A DNA stretch of 64,000 nt from NCBI GenBank assembly GCA_943358385.1, contig CALRGX010000001.1, positions 2,380 through 66,379 of the forward strand, given 5' to 3'. Below the pieces are notes generated by a model. The model was not told where the DNA came from and made no database searches. It was given only the letters and a program-made list of their open reading frames with translations. Position numbers and translations under genes: made by a program. Below are positions 1-9,662 of the stretch, one piece after another. The number at the start of each line of letters is the position of its first letter. Position 1 is the first letter of the stretch. This stretch comes from Parcubacteria group bacterium. GTDB lineage: Bacteria > Patescibacteriota > Minisyncoccia > Phycocordibacterales > UBA2100.

Positions 1-243
1 CCTCTTTTGCATCCTCATCACCAAGTTCGGCAAGAATCTTCAGCGCGGCTTCTTGCATGTTGCGCAGAGTGTCGGCAGCGTCCAGTTCGGCAAGGCCGAA
101 CTCAAGAAAGGTAACCATGAGGCGGCCGCGTATTTCTTCGGGCAGTGTGGGAAGTGCATCCAAAAGGGCCTGGCGCCCTGCTGCGTCGTCATTTTTCGCC
201 AGGCAGTCGCGCAGAGTTTGTTCGAGTTTGAGTACAGTATCCA
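1..243 (-). CDS. hypothetical protein, N-terminal part only (gene runs off window start)
   Basis: Reverse-complement ATG at 241-243 opens a frame (MDTVLKLEQTLRDCLAKNDDAAG...) that stays open to position 1. It is absent from the ORF track because no stop lies inside the window. Confidence 0.35.
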
Positions 244-246
244 TAG

Positions 247-1428
247 TTATGTCAGTTTGGCATGAAGAGCGGCTTTGCGAGGCGCAAAGAAGTTGTCAAA
301 AATTCTGCCCCAAAACCCTTGCCCACCCTTTTTGCGTCGGTTTTCTTCGTTTGCAAACCATGTGTTACGCACCAGGTCAGGATCAGGTGCGGTCGCGAAA
401 TCGGTAAAGCTTAAACTCTTAGCAACAGCATCCTTCTCAGTAGCCCAGCGCGCCACCAGCACATCGTCGCTTTCGGCGTGCAGTTCTGGAATACTTCCGA
501 TCGGCGCCTGGGCCTCAAACGCTGGGTCTGTCTGCCCTTCCTCAGGAGTTTTCCCCGCTGCAACATTCTGGATTGAAAGGAGGAATTCTGGGCGGTGCTC
601 AAGAGTATTCGAGAGGAATGTTCCCAGCTGGTTGCGTGTTTCATCCATAGATTCTTGCATCTCGTGAATAGCGTTGACCGTTCTATCGATGCTACGGTTT
701 GCGCTCCCGGTCCATGTGCGAATGTAGCCCACCTGCTTTTTGATATATGCACGACGCTTAATCTCTGCTTCTGGATCAGTGGTGTCAAAAAGTGGGGCCA
801 AGGTTGATGCGCTCACATCATATTTGCTGCATACCTTGGCGAGTTTTGCTTCCACTGCTTTATACTCGCGCGATGTTTTCTTAATTTCCAATGTTTTGAG
901 ACGCTGTAGCATGGTGACCACCTGCGCTACCGAAGTGCCGTCCTCGCACGCCATGCGCTTAACAGTGAGCCGCAGTAATGCTCCCGCTTCCGCGCGAGGC
1001 GCTGAATCCATGGCAGCGATAAACAGCCCTGCTGCCCCAGCAGATCCTGCGGACGTCCCCGCAGACTCCATGGCTGACATAATTTTCCCAACATCTTCGT
1101 CGGACAGTTTCGCTGTTACTCCTTCAGCAAGAGACATGCGTTCATTGAATTTTTGCACATATTCGCCCTGTGCGGTGATGTCGTCGGCAGTCGGTGCTAC
1201 GCTACTATCCAACATGCGGGTCATTGCGGTCGCCCCTACAGACGGGTAGTTGTTTTCTAGAAAGTGACCAAATAAAACACTTTCCTCGGGGTGGCGCAAA
1301 ATTTCGCCCAGGTCTTTTCGACGTTCTGAAAGCATGCGCGCGTCCGTGGGGTCGAGGCCCAACCCTGCGGCATAGGTACTGCGGCGGTCGACTTCGCGGC
1401 GCTTTTTGGCGAACAGTTCCATGCTCAT
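247..1428 (-). CDS. hypothetical protein (393 aa)
   Basis: Long uninterrupted ORF, no recognisable motif. It is tightly packed between neighbouring genes. Confidence 0.55.
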   Translation of the reverse strand: MSMELFAKKRREVDRRSTYAAGLGLDPTDARMLSERRKDLGEILRHPEESVLFGHFLENNYPSVGATAMTRMLDSSVAPTADDITAQGEYVQKFNERMSLAEGVTAKLSDEDVGKIMSAMESAGTSAGSAGAAGLFIAAMDSAPRAEAGALLRLTVKRMACEDGTSVAQVVTMLQRLKTLEIKKTSREYKAVEAKLAKVCSKYDVSASTLAPLFDTTDPEAEIKRRAYIKKQVGYIRTWTGSANRSIDRTVNAIHEMQESMDETRNQLGTFLSNTLEHRPEFLLSIQNVAAGKTPEEGQTDPAFEAQAPIGSIPELHAESDDVLVARWATEKDAVAKSLSFTDFATAPDPDLVRNTWFANEENRRKKGGQGFWGRIFDNFFAPRKAALHAKLT

Positions 1429-1457
1429 GCGGGCAGTGTATCATGCGGGAGAATAAG

Positions 1458-1484
1458 AAGCCGCTCGCGGTGCGAGCGGCTTTA
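1458..1484 (-). terminator. rho-independent terminator hairpin
   Basis: aagccgctcgc-ggtg-cgagcggctt stem-loop immediately downstream of the minus-strand gene ending at 1491. Confidence 0.5.
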
Positions 1485-1490
1485 AGGCAA

Positions 1491-1925
1491 TTACAAATCT
1501 TGAATCCGGTCTCTTTCTGCCTGAAATACGCGGCGGCGAAGCTCGCTTGTTGAATATCCGTGGTCGCGAGTGTTGAAATGAACGGGAATCGACAGATCGT
1601 GTCCTGTGTACTGCTTCCCCTTCCAATCAGCACCAATAATGCGCACGTGTATGACTGAAAGATGCATTTGCAGGAGTGCGTAGAGGTCTTTTTCCGTGTG
1701 GTACACCACTACTTCATCTACATAGCGAATGCCGCGCATAACAGTGAACCGCTCCTCCAAAGTCATGATGGGCTTATTTTTGGTGGAGCGGTCGAGTGTC
1801 GGGTCTGACTGTAGTCCTACAATGAGATGTTCGCACACCTGTTTGCATTCTTCGAACATAAGAAAGTGGCCTGCGTGACATAGATCAAAAGTCCCGCAGG
1901 TAAAGCCAGTCTTGTACGGCGCCAT
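1491..1925 (-). CDS. cytidylyltransferase-family protein (TagD-like glycerol-3-phosphate cytidylyltransferase fold)
   Basis: Carries CGTFDLCHAGH (the HxGH nucleotidyltransferase motif), RYVDEVVV and GADWKGK, matching the TagD family. Start set at the internal MAPYK Met; the tracked ORF extends upstream to 2063. Confidence 0.7.
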   Translation of the reverse strand: MAPYKTGFTCGTFDLCHAGHFLMFEECKQVCEHLIVGLQSDPTLDRSTKNKPIMTLEERFTVMRGIRYVDEVVVYHTEKDLYALLQMHLSVIHVRIIGADWKGKQYTGHDLSIPVHFNTRDHGYSTSELRRRVFQAERDRIQDL

Positions 1926-1987
1926 AGCAGTCTCCTGTGCATGTCTCTTTGAGGACCATAGCAGAAAGATGGGTGGATGTGAATCGG

Positions 1988-2716
1988 CTACAGCCTGCGG
2001 TATAGCGCCTGGAAAATAACGCGCTGGAACGAGGCGAGCGTGTCGTTTTCGATAATGACGCATTCTTGGGTGTTTAGGTCGATAAAAGCAATGCGTGACC
2101 CATACACTAATTGAATAGCGTTTTGTCGGAATTGCTCACGCTCCCCTCCCAAAAACTTTATGAAACGTTCGAGTCTGGGTCGCTTGCGCTTCCCTGATTC
2201 TGGGTTGCTGATGACCTGTCGCTCGAGTCGCTTTTGGTCGCGCAAATGGCGGTACTTTTCAGGAAGGTACGCATTCACCTCGTCGAGGTCACATTCTGAG
2301 GTGTATCGATAAAAAGTGTCACCTCGCGCAGTGTGCGTCGTCACGTCTTCAAACACGGTGGCAATGCCAGCTGGCCCAGAAAGATGGTGAATGGTGGATG
2401 GGGTGGCGTGCGTGTTTTTGTTGTCGCTTACATCCCGGACCATCTCCGCAACTTCGGCGAATGCCTGCACTAATGAGTGAACTCCTTTGCTTCGAATGAG
2501 TGCGCGCTTTCCCGCTGCGTTGGTGGTGAAAACTATGCCAAGAGTGGAGAGTGCGCGTACTGAGCGGTATGCGGCAGGTCGGTGCACTTTTGCTTTGCGC
2601 ACCAGCTCACTCATATGCATCCCCCCGCTTTTTTCGAGTGCAACGAGAATCTGAGCGCTGCCCTTGGGAAGACCAAGGCGCATACACAAGACCCCAAGAG
2701 GTAGCTTTTTGGTCAT
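1988..2716 (-). CDS. putative winged-helix (HTH) transcriptional regulator
   Basis: The N-terminal ~70 aa resemble a MarR/TrmB-like wHTH (LVALEKSGGMHMSELVRKAKVHRPAAYRSVRAL). The rest is uncharacterised. Confidence 0.5.
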   Translation of the reverse strand: MTKKLPLGVLCMRLGLPKGSAQILVALEKSGGMHMSELVRKAKVHRPAAYRSVRALSTLGIVFTTNAAGKRALIRSKGVHSLVQAFAEVAEMVRDVSDNKNTHATPSTIHHLSGPAGIATVFEDVTTHTARGDTFYRYTSECDLDEVNAYLPEKYRHLRDQKRLERQVISNPESGKRKRPRLERFIKFLGGEREQFRQNAIQLVYGSRIAFIDLNTQECVIIENDTLASFQRVIFQALYRRL

Positions 2717-2818
2717 GATTCAATTGTACACTAAATAGTACAAAAATTAACGCATGCGTGCGACGAAAGCGTCCCCGATATAAGATGCCGGCAGTGCTCT
2801 TTAACAGAAAGGTGTCCC

Positions 2819-3820
2819 ATGCACAAAGATGATTCGACCTACGCCAGCCCATTTGTGGTGGTATCCACTCCACACATGCACGAAATGGCAGCGCGCTGTT
2901 GCGCTCATATCACCGGAAAGCATGGGGTAACGTTCCCCCATCATCGCGTCGAGTACAAAGTGTTTGCAAGTGGGGAGGTGTTGCCGCTCATTCCAGAAAC
3001 AGTACGTAGGCAGCATGTATTTCTCTTCCACGCGCTTCAGCACCCGACTCCAAATGATGCGCTCATGCGGATGCTCGTTTTGAACGACGCACTAGCACGC
3101 GCGTCGGTTCATGGCATCACCTTGGTGACGCCATTCATGTCGTATTTGCGGCAAGACCGTAAACACAAAAAACGCATGCCCATTTCCGGTAGAATGATTG
3201 CCGATCTTATTGAGTCAAATCGACAGGCTGAGCGAGTAATCACGGCAGATATGCACGCTGACCAAGCGCAAGGTTTCTTTACGATCCCTGTCGACAACCT
3301 GACCTGCTTTGGGTTGCTCGCTGATCATTGCCGGGAAAAACTCGGCGGCGACGTGTCTAATGTGGTGGTTGTGTCGCCAGATTTTGGTGGTGCGGTGCGT
3401 GCTCGCTCGCTTGCCAAACGTTTGCGCGTGCCGGTCGCCATTTTCGAGAAGCGGCGGGACGAAGACGGTGTCGCCGAAGTAGATATGCTGATTGGCGAAT
3501 CAATCGTCGAGAAACGCGTCATCATTTGCGACGACATCATTGACACGGGAGGAACTATGCGTGCCACGGTGAAAGAGTTACTTGCGCGTGGTGCAAAGGA
3601 AATAGAAGTGTGGACGACGCACGCGATTCTCAGTGGCAATGCAGCTCAGCTGTTTGCTGATGGAGGATATCGTATCACCTGCACCGACTCAATCCCCCGT
3701 AGTCAGTCTTATTGTGAAAAGAACGCTTCGTGGCTGACCGTTGTTTCAATGGACGTGCTTCTCGCTGAAGCAGTGTATGAAGCGTCGCTCGTTGGCGGTA
3801 GTGTTAGCAAACTCTTCTAA
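2819..3820 (+). CDS. prs: ribose-phosphate pyrophosphokinase (PRPP synthetase)
   Basis: PRPP-binding motif VIICDDIIDTGGT and overall Prs architecture. Confidence 0.85.
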   Translation: MHKDDSTYASPFVVVSTPHMHEMAARCCAHITGKHGVTFPHHRVEYKVFASGEVLPLIPETVRRQHVFLFHALQHPTPNDALMRMLVLNDALARASVHGITLVTPFMSYLRQDRKHKKRMPISGRMIADLIESNRQAERVITADMHADQAQGFFTIPVDNLTCFGLLADHCREKLGGDVSNVVVVSPDFGGAVRARSLAKRLRVPVAIFEKRRDEDGVAEVDMLIGESIVEKRVIICDDIIDTGGTMRATVKELLARGAKEIEVWTTHAILSGNAAQLFADGGYRITCTDSIPRSQSYCEKNASWLTVVSMDVLLAEAVYEASLVGGSVSKLF

Positions 3821-3832
3821 CAGGAGATCAGA

Positions 3833-4354
3833 ATGGACTTGAAGCAATATATCGCTCGTATCGAAAACTTTCCGAAGCTCGGCATCGTGTTTCGCGATAT
3901 CACCCCGCTCCTAACACACCCAAAAGCATTCACGCATGCGATTGGCGTTATCGTGAGGAAGTGGGCCGGGTCAGCGGATGCGGTTGCAGCACTGGATGCC
4001 CGGGGTTTTCTTTTTGGATCCCCCGTTGCACTCGCTCTCAATCTGCCGCTCATCATGATTCGAAAGAAAGGCAAGTTGCCTGGCAAAGTGCTCTCGCATA
4101 CCTACGCATTGGAATACGGAGAAGACACGATTGAGATGAAACCCGATGTTGTAGCAAAGGGTATGCGCGTACTGATTGTTGATGACCTGCTTGCAACGGG
4201 TGGTACTGCCGTGGCTGCGTGCTCGCTTATCCAAAAAGCGGGAGGCATCGTAGCGGGCTGTGCATTTGTTGCTGAGTTAGATCATCTGTATGGTCGCGCA
4301 AAACTTTCACCACACCCTGTGCAATCATTGGTTGTATATAGTGGAGAAGAGTGA
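3833..4354 (+). CDS. apt: adenine phosphoribosyltransferase
   Basis: VLIVDDLLATGGT PRTase motif and ~170 aa length typical of Apt. Confidence 0.85.
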   Translation: MDLKQYIARIENFPKLGIVFRDITPLLTHPKAFTHAIGVIVRKWAGSADAVAALDARGFLFGSPVALALNLPLIMIRKKGKLPGKVLSHTYALEYGEDTIEMKPDVVAKGMRVLIVDDLLATGGTAVAACSLIQKAGGIVAGCAFVAELDHLYGRAKLSPHPVQSLVVYSGEE

Positions 4355-4761
4355 TGCCGATGCAGAAAATTCGTTGCGCGGACATGGTGGTGTGCTTAGG
4401 TGAAACGCTCGTCTTGATTGAGCGGCTGTCTCATCCGTTAGGCATCGCACTTCCTGGTGGAAAATGCGAACCCGAGGAAACCCCGACGCAGACCATACGT
4501 CGTGAGCTCATCGAAGAGACGGGACTCACGGCACGCATCGAAGGTATGGTTGGTGTCTTTGATGCCGAGGGTCGAGATCCTCGTGGTCCCTACGCGACAG
4601 AGGTGTACTACGGGAGTGCACACGGCGTGGTGTCGGCAGAGCCGAATAGGACGCGCGTCGTCTTGATGCCGATCGATAGTGTGAAACACGAACGTTCGCG
4701 TTTCGTGCTCGACCACTACAGCATCATCGAAGCATATCTAAAGCTCGTGAAACGCTTGTAA
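4351..4761 (+). CDS. NUDIX hydrolase
   Basis: Nudix box GGKCEPEETPTQTIRRELIEETGL. The start overlaps the apt stop. Confidence 0.8.
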   Translation: MMPMQKIRCADMVVCLGETLVLIERLSHPLGIALPGGKCEPEETPTQTIRRELIEETGLTARIEGMVGVFDAEGRDPRGPYATEVYYGSAHGVVSAEPNRTRVVLMPIDSVKHERSRFVLDHYSIIEAYLKLVKRL

Positions 4762-4776
4762 TGAGCCAAAAAATAG

Positions 4777-4806
4777 AACCCCGGCACCTGGTGCCGGGGT
4801 TCTCTT
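4777..4806 (+). terminator. rho-independent terminator
   Basis: aaccccggcacc-tg-gtgccggggtt hairpin followed by tctct. Confidence 0.6.
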
Positions 4807-4878
4807 ATACGATTGCACCTGACGCATGCGTTGATATAGTGCTGCCAGTCTTGTTCGTTATCTTAGGAAGGAAAAGAC

Positions 4879-6279
4879 ATGAACACGCTCAAAGCCCTCT
4901 CTCCCTTGGATGGACGTTACCGTAAATTTGGATCAGTGCTTGCCACTCATTTCAGCGAGCAGGCACTCATCACCAATAGAATCGTCGTGATGGTTGAATG
5001 GTTGCGGTTCCTTGCCGCTGACAGTCGGTTTCCAGTGCGATCAATAACGGGGCGTGAAGATCTTAAGCTCGAGGAAATGATCAGTGGCATACGCAATGAC
5101 GACGATGCGCGCATCATCAAAGATATAGAGACAAAAGGGTGGGGCGATCATCCTCGCACGAATCACGATGTGAAAGCGTGCGAGTTATACATCCGCCATT
5201 GTCTGACTGAGATGGGCGCCACGGACCTGGTTGAGTGGGTGCACTTCGGCAGGACATCAGAAGACGTAAACAATATCGCGTATGCGCTGATGTTGGCGGG
5301 TGCGCTGGATGAAGTAATGGTGCCGAGTCTCGAAAAGATTCGTGCTACATTGTCTCGCTTTGCAGAGCAGTACGCACACCTCCCGATGCTTTCACGCACG
5401 CATGGACAACCGGCCACACCCACGACGCTGGGTAAAGAGTTTGCAGTGTTTGCGACGAGGCTGGCCAAACAAATTGTTCAACTTGAAAAAGTGAGCATCC
5501 TCGTGAAGAGCAATGGTGCTAGTGGAAACTATGCGGCCGAGCACGTTGCATTCCCAGAGGTTGATTGGCAAGAAGTATCACAAGCGTTTTGTGCACGAGT
5601 GGGGCTGCAGGCAATGTGGAACGTTGAGGCAAATGTTGTCACCACACAGATTGAGCCGCACGACACCTACGCAGAACTTTTTGCACCACTTATGAGAGCG
5701 AACACAATTCTCATCGATATGTGCCAAGACCTTTGGCGCTACATCAGTGATGATTGGATCGTGCAACGCGCTGAAAGAGGGGAAACAGGATCTTCGACCA
5801 TGCCTCACAAAGTGAACCCTATCAACTTTGAAAACGGAGAAGGCAATCTGGGAGTAGCGAATGCGCTCTTGGAATTCTTCTGCAGGAAGCTCCCTATCTC
5901 GCGTTTGCAGCGTGATCTGTCAGACTCGACGGTCGAGAGAAACTTTGGCAGTGCGTTTGGGTACGCGTATGTTGCGTATGAAAACATCTCCACAGGTTTG
6001 GGTAAAATTGTGGCAAACGAAGACCTGGTACGCGAGGCTCTGCGCAATCACCCTGAGGTCATCACCGAGGCATATCAAACGATACTGCGTAGTGTTGGCT
6101 ATCCCGACCCGTATGGTGCACTGAAGCAGATTTCACGCGGTGCGAAGATGATGTTGCCGAACCTGCACGCATTTGTGCTCGCACTTGATCCTGCTTTGGT
6201 TGACGATGCCACGAAAGCACGGATGCTCGCGATAACGCCGGAAAACTACATTGGCCTCGCGCCGCATCTCGTGGGATAA
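4879..6279 (+). CDS. purB: adenylosuccinate lyase
   Basis: SPLDGRY N-terminus and the fumarate-lyase signature GSSTMPHKVNP. Confidence 0.9.
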   Translation: MNTLKALSPLDGRYRKFGSVLATHFSEQALITNRIVVMVEWLRFLAADSRFPVRSITGREDLKLEEMISGIRNDDDARIIKDIETKGWGDHPRTNHDVKACELYIRHCLTEMGATDLVEWVHFGRTSEDVNNIAYALMLAGALDEVMVPSLEKIRATLSRFAEQYAHLPMLSRTHGQPATPTTLGKEFAVFATRLAKQIVQLEKVSILVKSNGASGNYAAEHVAFPEVDWQEVSQAFCARVGLQAMWNVEANVVTTQIEPHDTYAELFAPLMRANTILIDMCQDLWRYISDDWIVQRAERGETGSSTMPHKVNPINFENGEGNLGVANALLEFFCRKLPISRLQRDLSDSTVERNFGSAFGYAYVAYENISTGLGKIVANEDLVREALRNHPEVITEAYQTILRSVGYPDPYGALKQISRGAKMMLPNLHAFVLALDPALVDDATKARMLAITPENYIGLAPHLVG

Positions 6280-6296
6280 GGCACTTGAATTTTTGA

Positions 6297-6324
6297 ACCT
6301 CGGCACTCAGTGCCGGGGTTTTCT
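6297..6324. terminator. bidirectional terminator hairpin between convergent purB and comM
   Basis: cctcggcac-tca-gtgccgggg, T-rich on the plus side and A/T-rich on the minus side. The stem resembles the hairpin at 4777. Confidence 0.55.
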
Positions 6325-6329
6325 ACACA

Positions 6330-7853
6330 TCAGTCTCGCTGTCGATATTGCAGCGCTTCGAGCATGTGCTCAGGTTCGATAATGTCTGCGTCAACCAGAT
6401 CTGCAATGGTGCGGGCAAGTTTAATGGTGCGATGATAGCCGCGCGAAGATAAGTGCAACTTACGTGTGGCATCCACCAATACCTGTTCGGCCCTAGATGA
6501 CAGGTGCGCAAAAGTTTCAATGTCTCGCGCTTTCATAGAAGCATTGGTGGTGGTGTGTTTTACGGATGCAAAACGATTCTGTTGCACTATGCGTGCATTT
6601 TGCACACGCGTGCGTGCGGAGGCTGTTTCATGCGAGGTGTGCTTTTTTGTGTGCACTGACAGTGCTTCAGGTGCGATTTCACCGACGTGGACCCACATAT
6701 CAATACGATCAGCAATGGGTCCAGAAATTTTCTTGCGGTACTTTTCAATCGCCACCGGGAGACAGGTGCAGCGGTTGGAACCTGCAAACCCGCACGGGCA
6801 CGGGTTAAGTGCGGCGACCAACATAAAGCGTGCAGGAAAAACATGCGAAGCGCGAGCGCGCGACACTGAAACCACCTTGTCTTCGAGTGGCTCACGCAAT
6901 GCGTTGATGACATCACGATGGAACTCAGGAAATTCATCGAGAAACAGAACACCGCGATGAGCGAGCGTTACTTCCCCTGGGCGTGGGATGGCGCCGCCGC
7001 CAATGATGGAAGCGTAAGAAGAAGTGTGGTGCGGTGATCGAAACGGTGCCTCGCGGTGGATAGTGCCGTGAAGTGTTCCCGCCACCGAGTGAATAGTGGT
7101 CACTTCCAGCATGTCGTCGTGAGTGAGGGGCGGCAATATCGACGCAAGAGCTCGAGCGAGCATGGTCTTCCCTGTTCCAGGGGGACCATAGAAAGCGATG
7201 TTGTGCTCACCTGCTGCAGCAATTTCGAGCGCGCGTTTCGCTCCTTCTTGTCCGCGTATTTCATCCAATAGTGCAAACTGCTCGGTCGGTCTCTCAAGTT
7301 TTCGGCGGGTTCTTTCTGGGAGAGTGTGTTCTGTGGCTTTGGTGAGATGAAGGATTACCTCAAGTAGTGTTGTGGCTGGTCGCACTATCAAGCCGTCTAC
7401 GAGCGCAGCTTCATCCGCATTTCCCTCGGGAACAATCATTTCTCTAAACCCTGCTTTTTTCGCAGCTTGAGCAAGAGACAGTGCGCCGGCAATAGTGCGT
7501 AGACTCCCGTCGAGCGCGAGCTCTCCGGCGAATAGAATTCCCTCTGGCTTAAATGCTATTTCCTCAGCGGCAAGAAGGTACGTTAACGCCATGGGTAAGT
7601 CGAATGACGCACCTTCTTTTTTTAGAGCGGCCGGGGCAAGCGAAATAACAATTTTCAAGTTGCTGTGTTTTGGTGACTTGAAGCCACTGTTTTTGATAGC
7701 GGAAGCCACACGATCGCGCGATTCCTCGACTGCCTTGTCAGGCAGACCGACTACATTAAATTGATGTAGTCCTTTTCCGACGTCAGCTTCGACGTGCACG
7801 ATGTGTGCAACGGGGAGAGCGGGCTGGGCGCCGAAGACTCGCGCAAAACTCAT
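6330..7853 (-). CDS. comM: YifB/ComM-family Mg-chelatase-like AAA+ ATPase
   Basis: N-terminal Lon-like/ChlI domain, Walker A GPPGTGKT and the NPCPCG zinc-finger-like motif typical of ComM/YifB. Confidence 0.85.
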   Translation of the reverse strand: MSFARVFGAQPALPVAHIVHVEADVGKGLHQFNVVGLPDKAVEESRDRVASAIKNSGFKSPKHSNLKIVISLAPAALKKEGASFDLPMALTYLLAAEEIAFKPEGILFAGELALDGSLRTIAGALSLAQAAKKAGFREMIVPEGNADEAALVDGLIVRPATTLLEVILHLTKATEHTLPERTRRKLERPTEQFALLDEIRGQEGAKRALEIAAAGEHNIAFYGPPGTGKTMLARALASILPPLTHDDMLEVTTIHSVAGTLHGTIHREAPFRSPHHTSSYASIIGGGAIPRPGEVTLAHRGVLFLDEFPEFHRDVINALREPLEDKVVSVSRARASHVFPARFMLVAALNPCPCGFAGSNRCTCLPVAIEKYRKKISGPIADRIDMWVHVGEIAPEALSVHTKKHTSHETASARTRVQNARIVQQNRFASVKHTTTNASMKARDIETFAHLSSRAEQVLVDATRKLHLSSRGYHRTIKLARTIADLVDADIIEPEHMLEALQYRQRD

Positions 7854-7905
7854 GGCGTAAGTCTACAAGCATGTCGCCCGCTTCCCCACGTGGAGACATA
7901 TTCGC

Positions 7906-7944
7906 AGGGGAAAACAAATCACCTCATCACGTGAGGTGATTTGT
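7906..7944 (-). terminator. terminator hairpin (14-bp perfect stem)
   Basis: aacaaatcacctca-tcacg-tgaggtgatttgtt directly downstream of the minus-strand gene ending at 7961. Confidence 0.55.
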
Positions 7945-7960
7945 TACCCATGTGCCAACC

Positions 7961-8301
7961 TCACGCGGCGTGCTCGACGCAGGTGCGTGCGGCCGGGTTT
8001 GCGGCGAGGCGTTCTTCGGAAATTTCCTCACCACCAACTTCACACATGCCGTAGCTCCCTTCTTCAATTTTCTGGAGCGCGTGGAGAACATTTTTGTAGC
8101 GTGCTTCCAACTCTTCGACGATTGCACTGTTGGTGCCGAGCTCTTCCATGGTGTCTGCGGCGACATTCACATCCGCGCCCTCTGAGCTGTTCGCGATAGC
8201 GCTCCCCGTCCAATTGCCTGTCTCGGCATTAAAGCGGCCGTGCTCAGCCAGCTCTGCTTCTAAAGTGACTTTTTCAGTCTGAAGTTTTTCTTTCATGAGT
8301 G
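7961..8301 (-). CDS. DksA/TraR-family zinc-finger-like protein (113 aa)
   Basis: Coiled-coil N-terminal half and C-terminal CEVGGEEISEERLAANPAARTCVEH resemble the DksA/TraR C4 finger but with only two Cys. Start set at MNTTLMKEK; the tracked ORF (to 8533) overlaps the next gene. Confidence 0.6.
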
Positions 8302-8351
8302 TGGTATTCATGTCGCTATGATACCAACTACCCCTGTTGATGCAAATCTGC

Positions 8352-9662
8352 TCAGAGGCGACGCTCCGCACGCAAACGGGCGAGGATCTCCACGAATGAA
8401 TTGGGGCTTTCTGCAAAAATGAGGATGTCGCGAGTGGGAAATGCATACAAAAAGCGGACAGTGCCTCGTGCGTCGCGTAGGATGCGCACGTCGTAGTTTT
8501 GTACAATAACATCTTCAAACGCACGAGGAACACTCTTTCCTTCCGGGTTGGTTATCTGTGCGGGGATAGCGGTAAAAATGGGGGCGAGCTCGTCATTGAT
8601 GCTCTTTTCCCACTCAATCATCCCGGCAAATGCTCGCTCGTACACCAGTACGGGAACCACGAGTATGGGCACGTTTTCATCAAGTGCGTGCACGCCAAAG
8701 AAGAACTCATCCGAGAGAGCACGCACAAGGCTTTCAGGTGGTACTGCGCCGATGGAACGCATAAACTCCTCTGTGGTTGCCGGCCGCTGCACTGACTCAC
8801 CCAGTTCATTAGGTGTTGATATTAAAGGTGCAATGCGTGCGATGGCACCCAGAGTGAGGGCGACCTGTGTCCGTGCAAGAGCAAGCTGCTGGCGCGCTTC
8901 GCTGGCCAAACGCCCCTGTAACAAAGGAAATGCAAGCGTTTGCTCAGAGAACATAATAGAAGGGAGCGGTGGCGGTGTGTTGGTCTGCCGCTGCCCTGCG
9001 ACGAAAAACATGGCAGTCAGGGCAAGTACCCCTAAAAACACAAACGTGAGCGCAAAGATGACAACGCGGGCGATGGGTTTGCGGTCGCTCTTATGTGCAG
9101 GAGCCGGAGCGACATTATCGCGCTTCTGGCGCTTTTCCTCTTCCAGGGCCGTTGCTTTGATGAGCGACATTTTGTTGTCGTCTACCAAGCCTTGCAAGTC
9201 GTCCTTCAGGGTATGCAGTGCACGCATGTCGAACGGCTTTTCATCTACAGCGTTTAGAAGAGAGACCTCTTCTGCAGAAGGCATAACGTTCACCATCCCT
9301 GCTTTTTCTTTTTCACCCAAGGGCGTCGCACGTAGCTTTCGTTCGTGTGGTTCAGCGTCAAGTTTGGCTTTCACTTCTTCATGCTTCGCTGCGTTGTCTT
9401 TAGCATCGCGCGGGGCAAATACATTTTCGAATTGTGGCTGTACGGCTGGTTTATCAGGAGCATTTGGGCGAGCGGGGAGCTTAATTTCCTCGAGGATGCG
9501 CGCAACATCCTCGTTGAGGTTGCCGCTGTTTTCTGCCAGCTCATCAACGGCTGGTAGGGTGGGAATAGTGGGGAATGTCTGTGAGAACTTAGGTACTGGC
9601 GCTGCACTAGACTCGGTCGCCTGGGCTGCTGTTTTCTCGCTTTGGTTGTTCTCCTCGGGCAT
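8352..9662 (-). CDS. hypothetical single-pass membrane protein
   Basis: Pro/Glu-rich N-terminal region, one TM helix (IARVVIFALTFVFLGVLALTAMFFVAG) and a ~200-aa C-terminal domain. The upstream start overlaps the pnp 3' end by 56 nt, so an internal Met (around 9296) may be the real start. Confidence 0.5.
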   Translation of the reverse strand: MPEENNQSEKTAAQATESSAAPVPKFSQTFPTIPTLPAVDELAENSGNLNEDVARILEEIKLPARPNAPDKPAVQPQFENVFAPRDAKDNAAKHEEVKAKLDAEPHERKLRATPLGEKEKAGMVNVMPSAEEVSLLNAVDEKPFDMRALHTLKDDLQGLVDDNKMSLIKATALEEEKRQKRDNVAPAPAHKSDRKPIARVVIFALTFVFLGVLALTAMFFVAGQRQTNTPPPLPSIMFSEQTLAFPLLQGRLASEARQQLALARTQVALTLGAIARIAPLISTPNELGESVQRPATTEEFMRSIGAVPPESLVRALSDEFFFGVHALDENVPILVVPVLVYERAFAGMIEWEKSINDELAPIFTAIPAQITNPEGKSVPRAFEDVIVQNYDVRILRDARGTVRFLYAFPTRDILIFAESPNSFVEILARLRAERRL

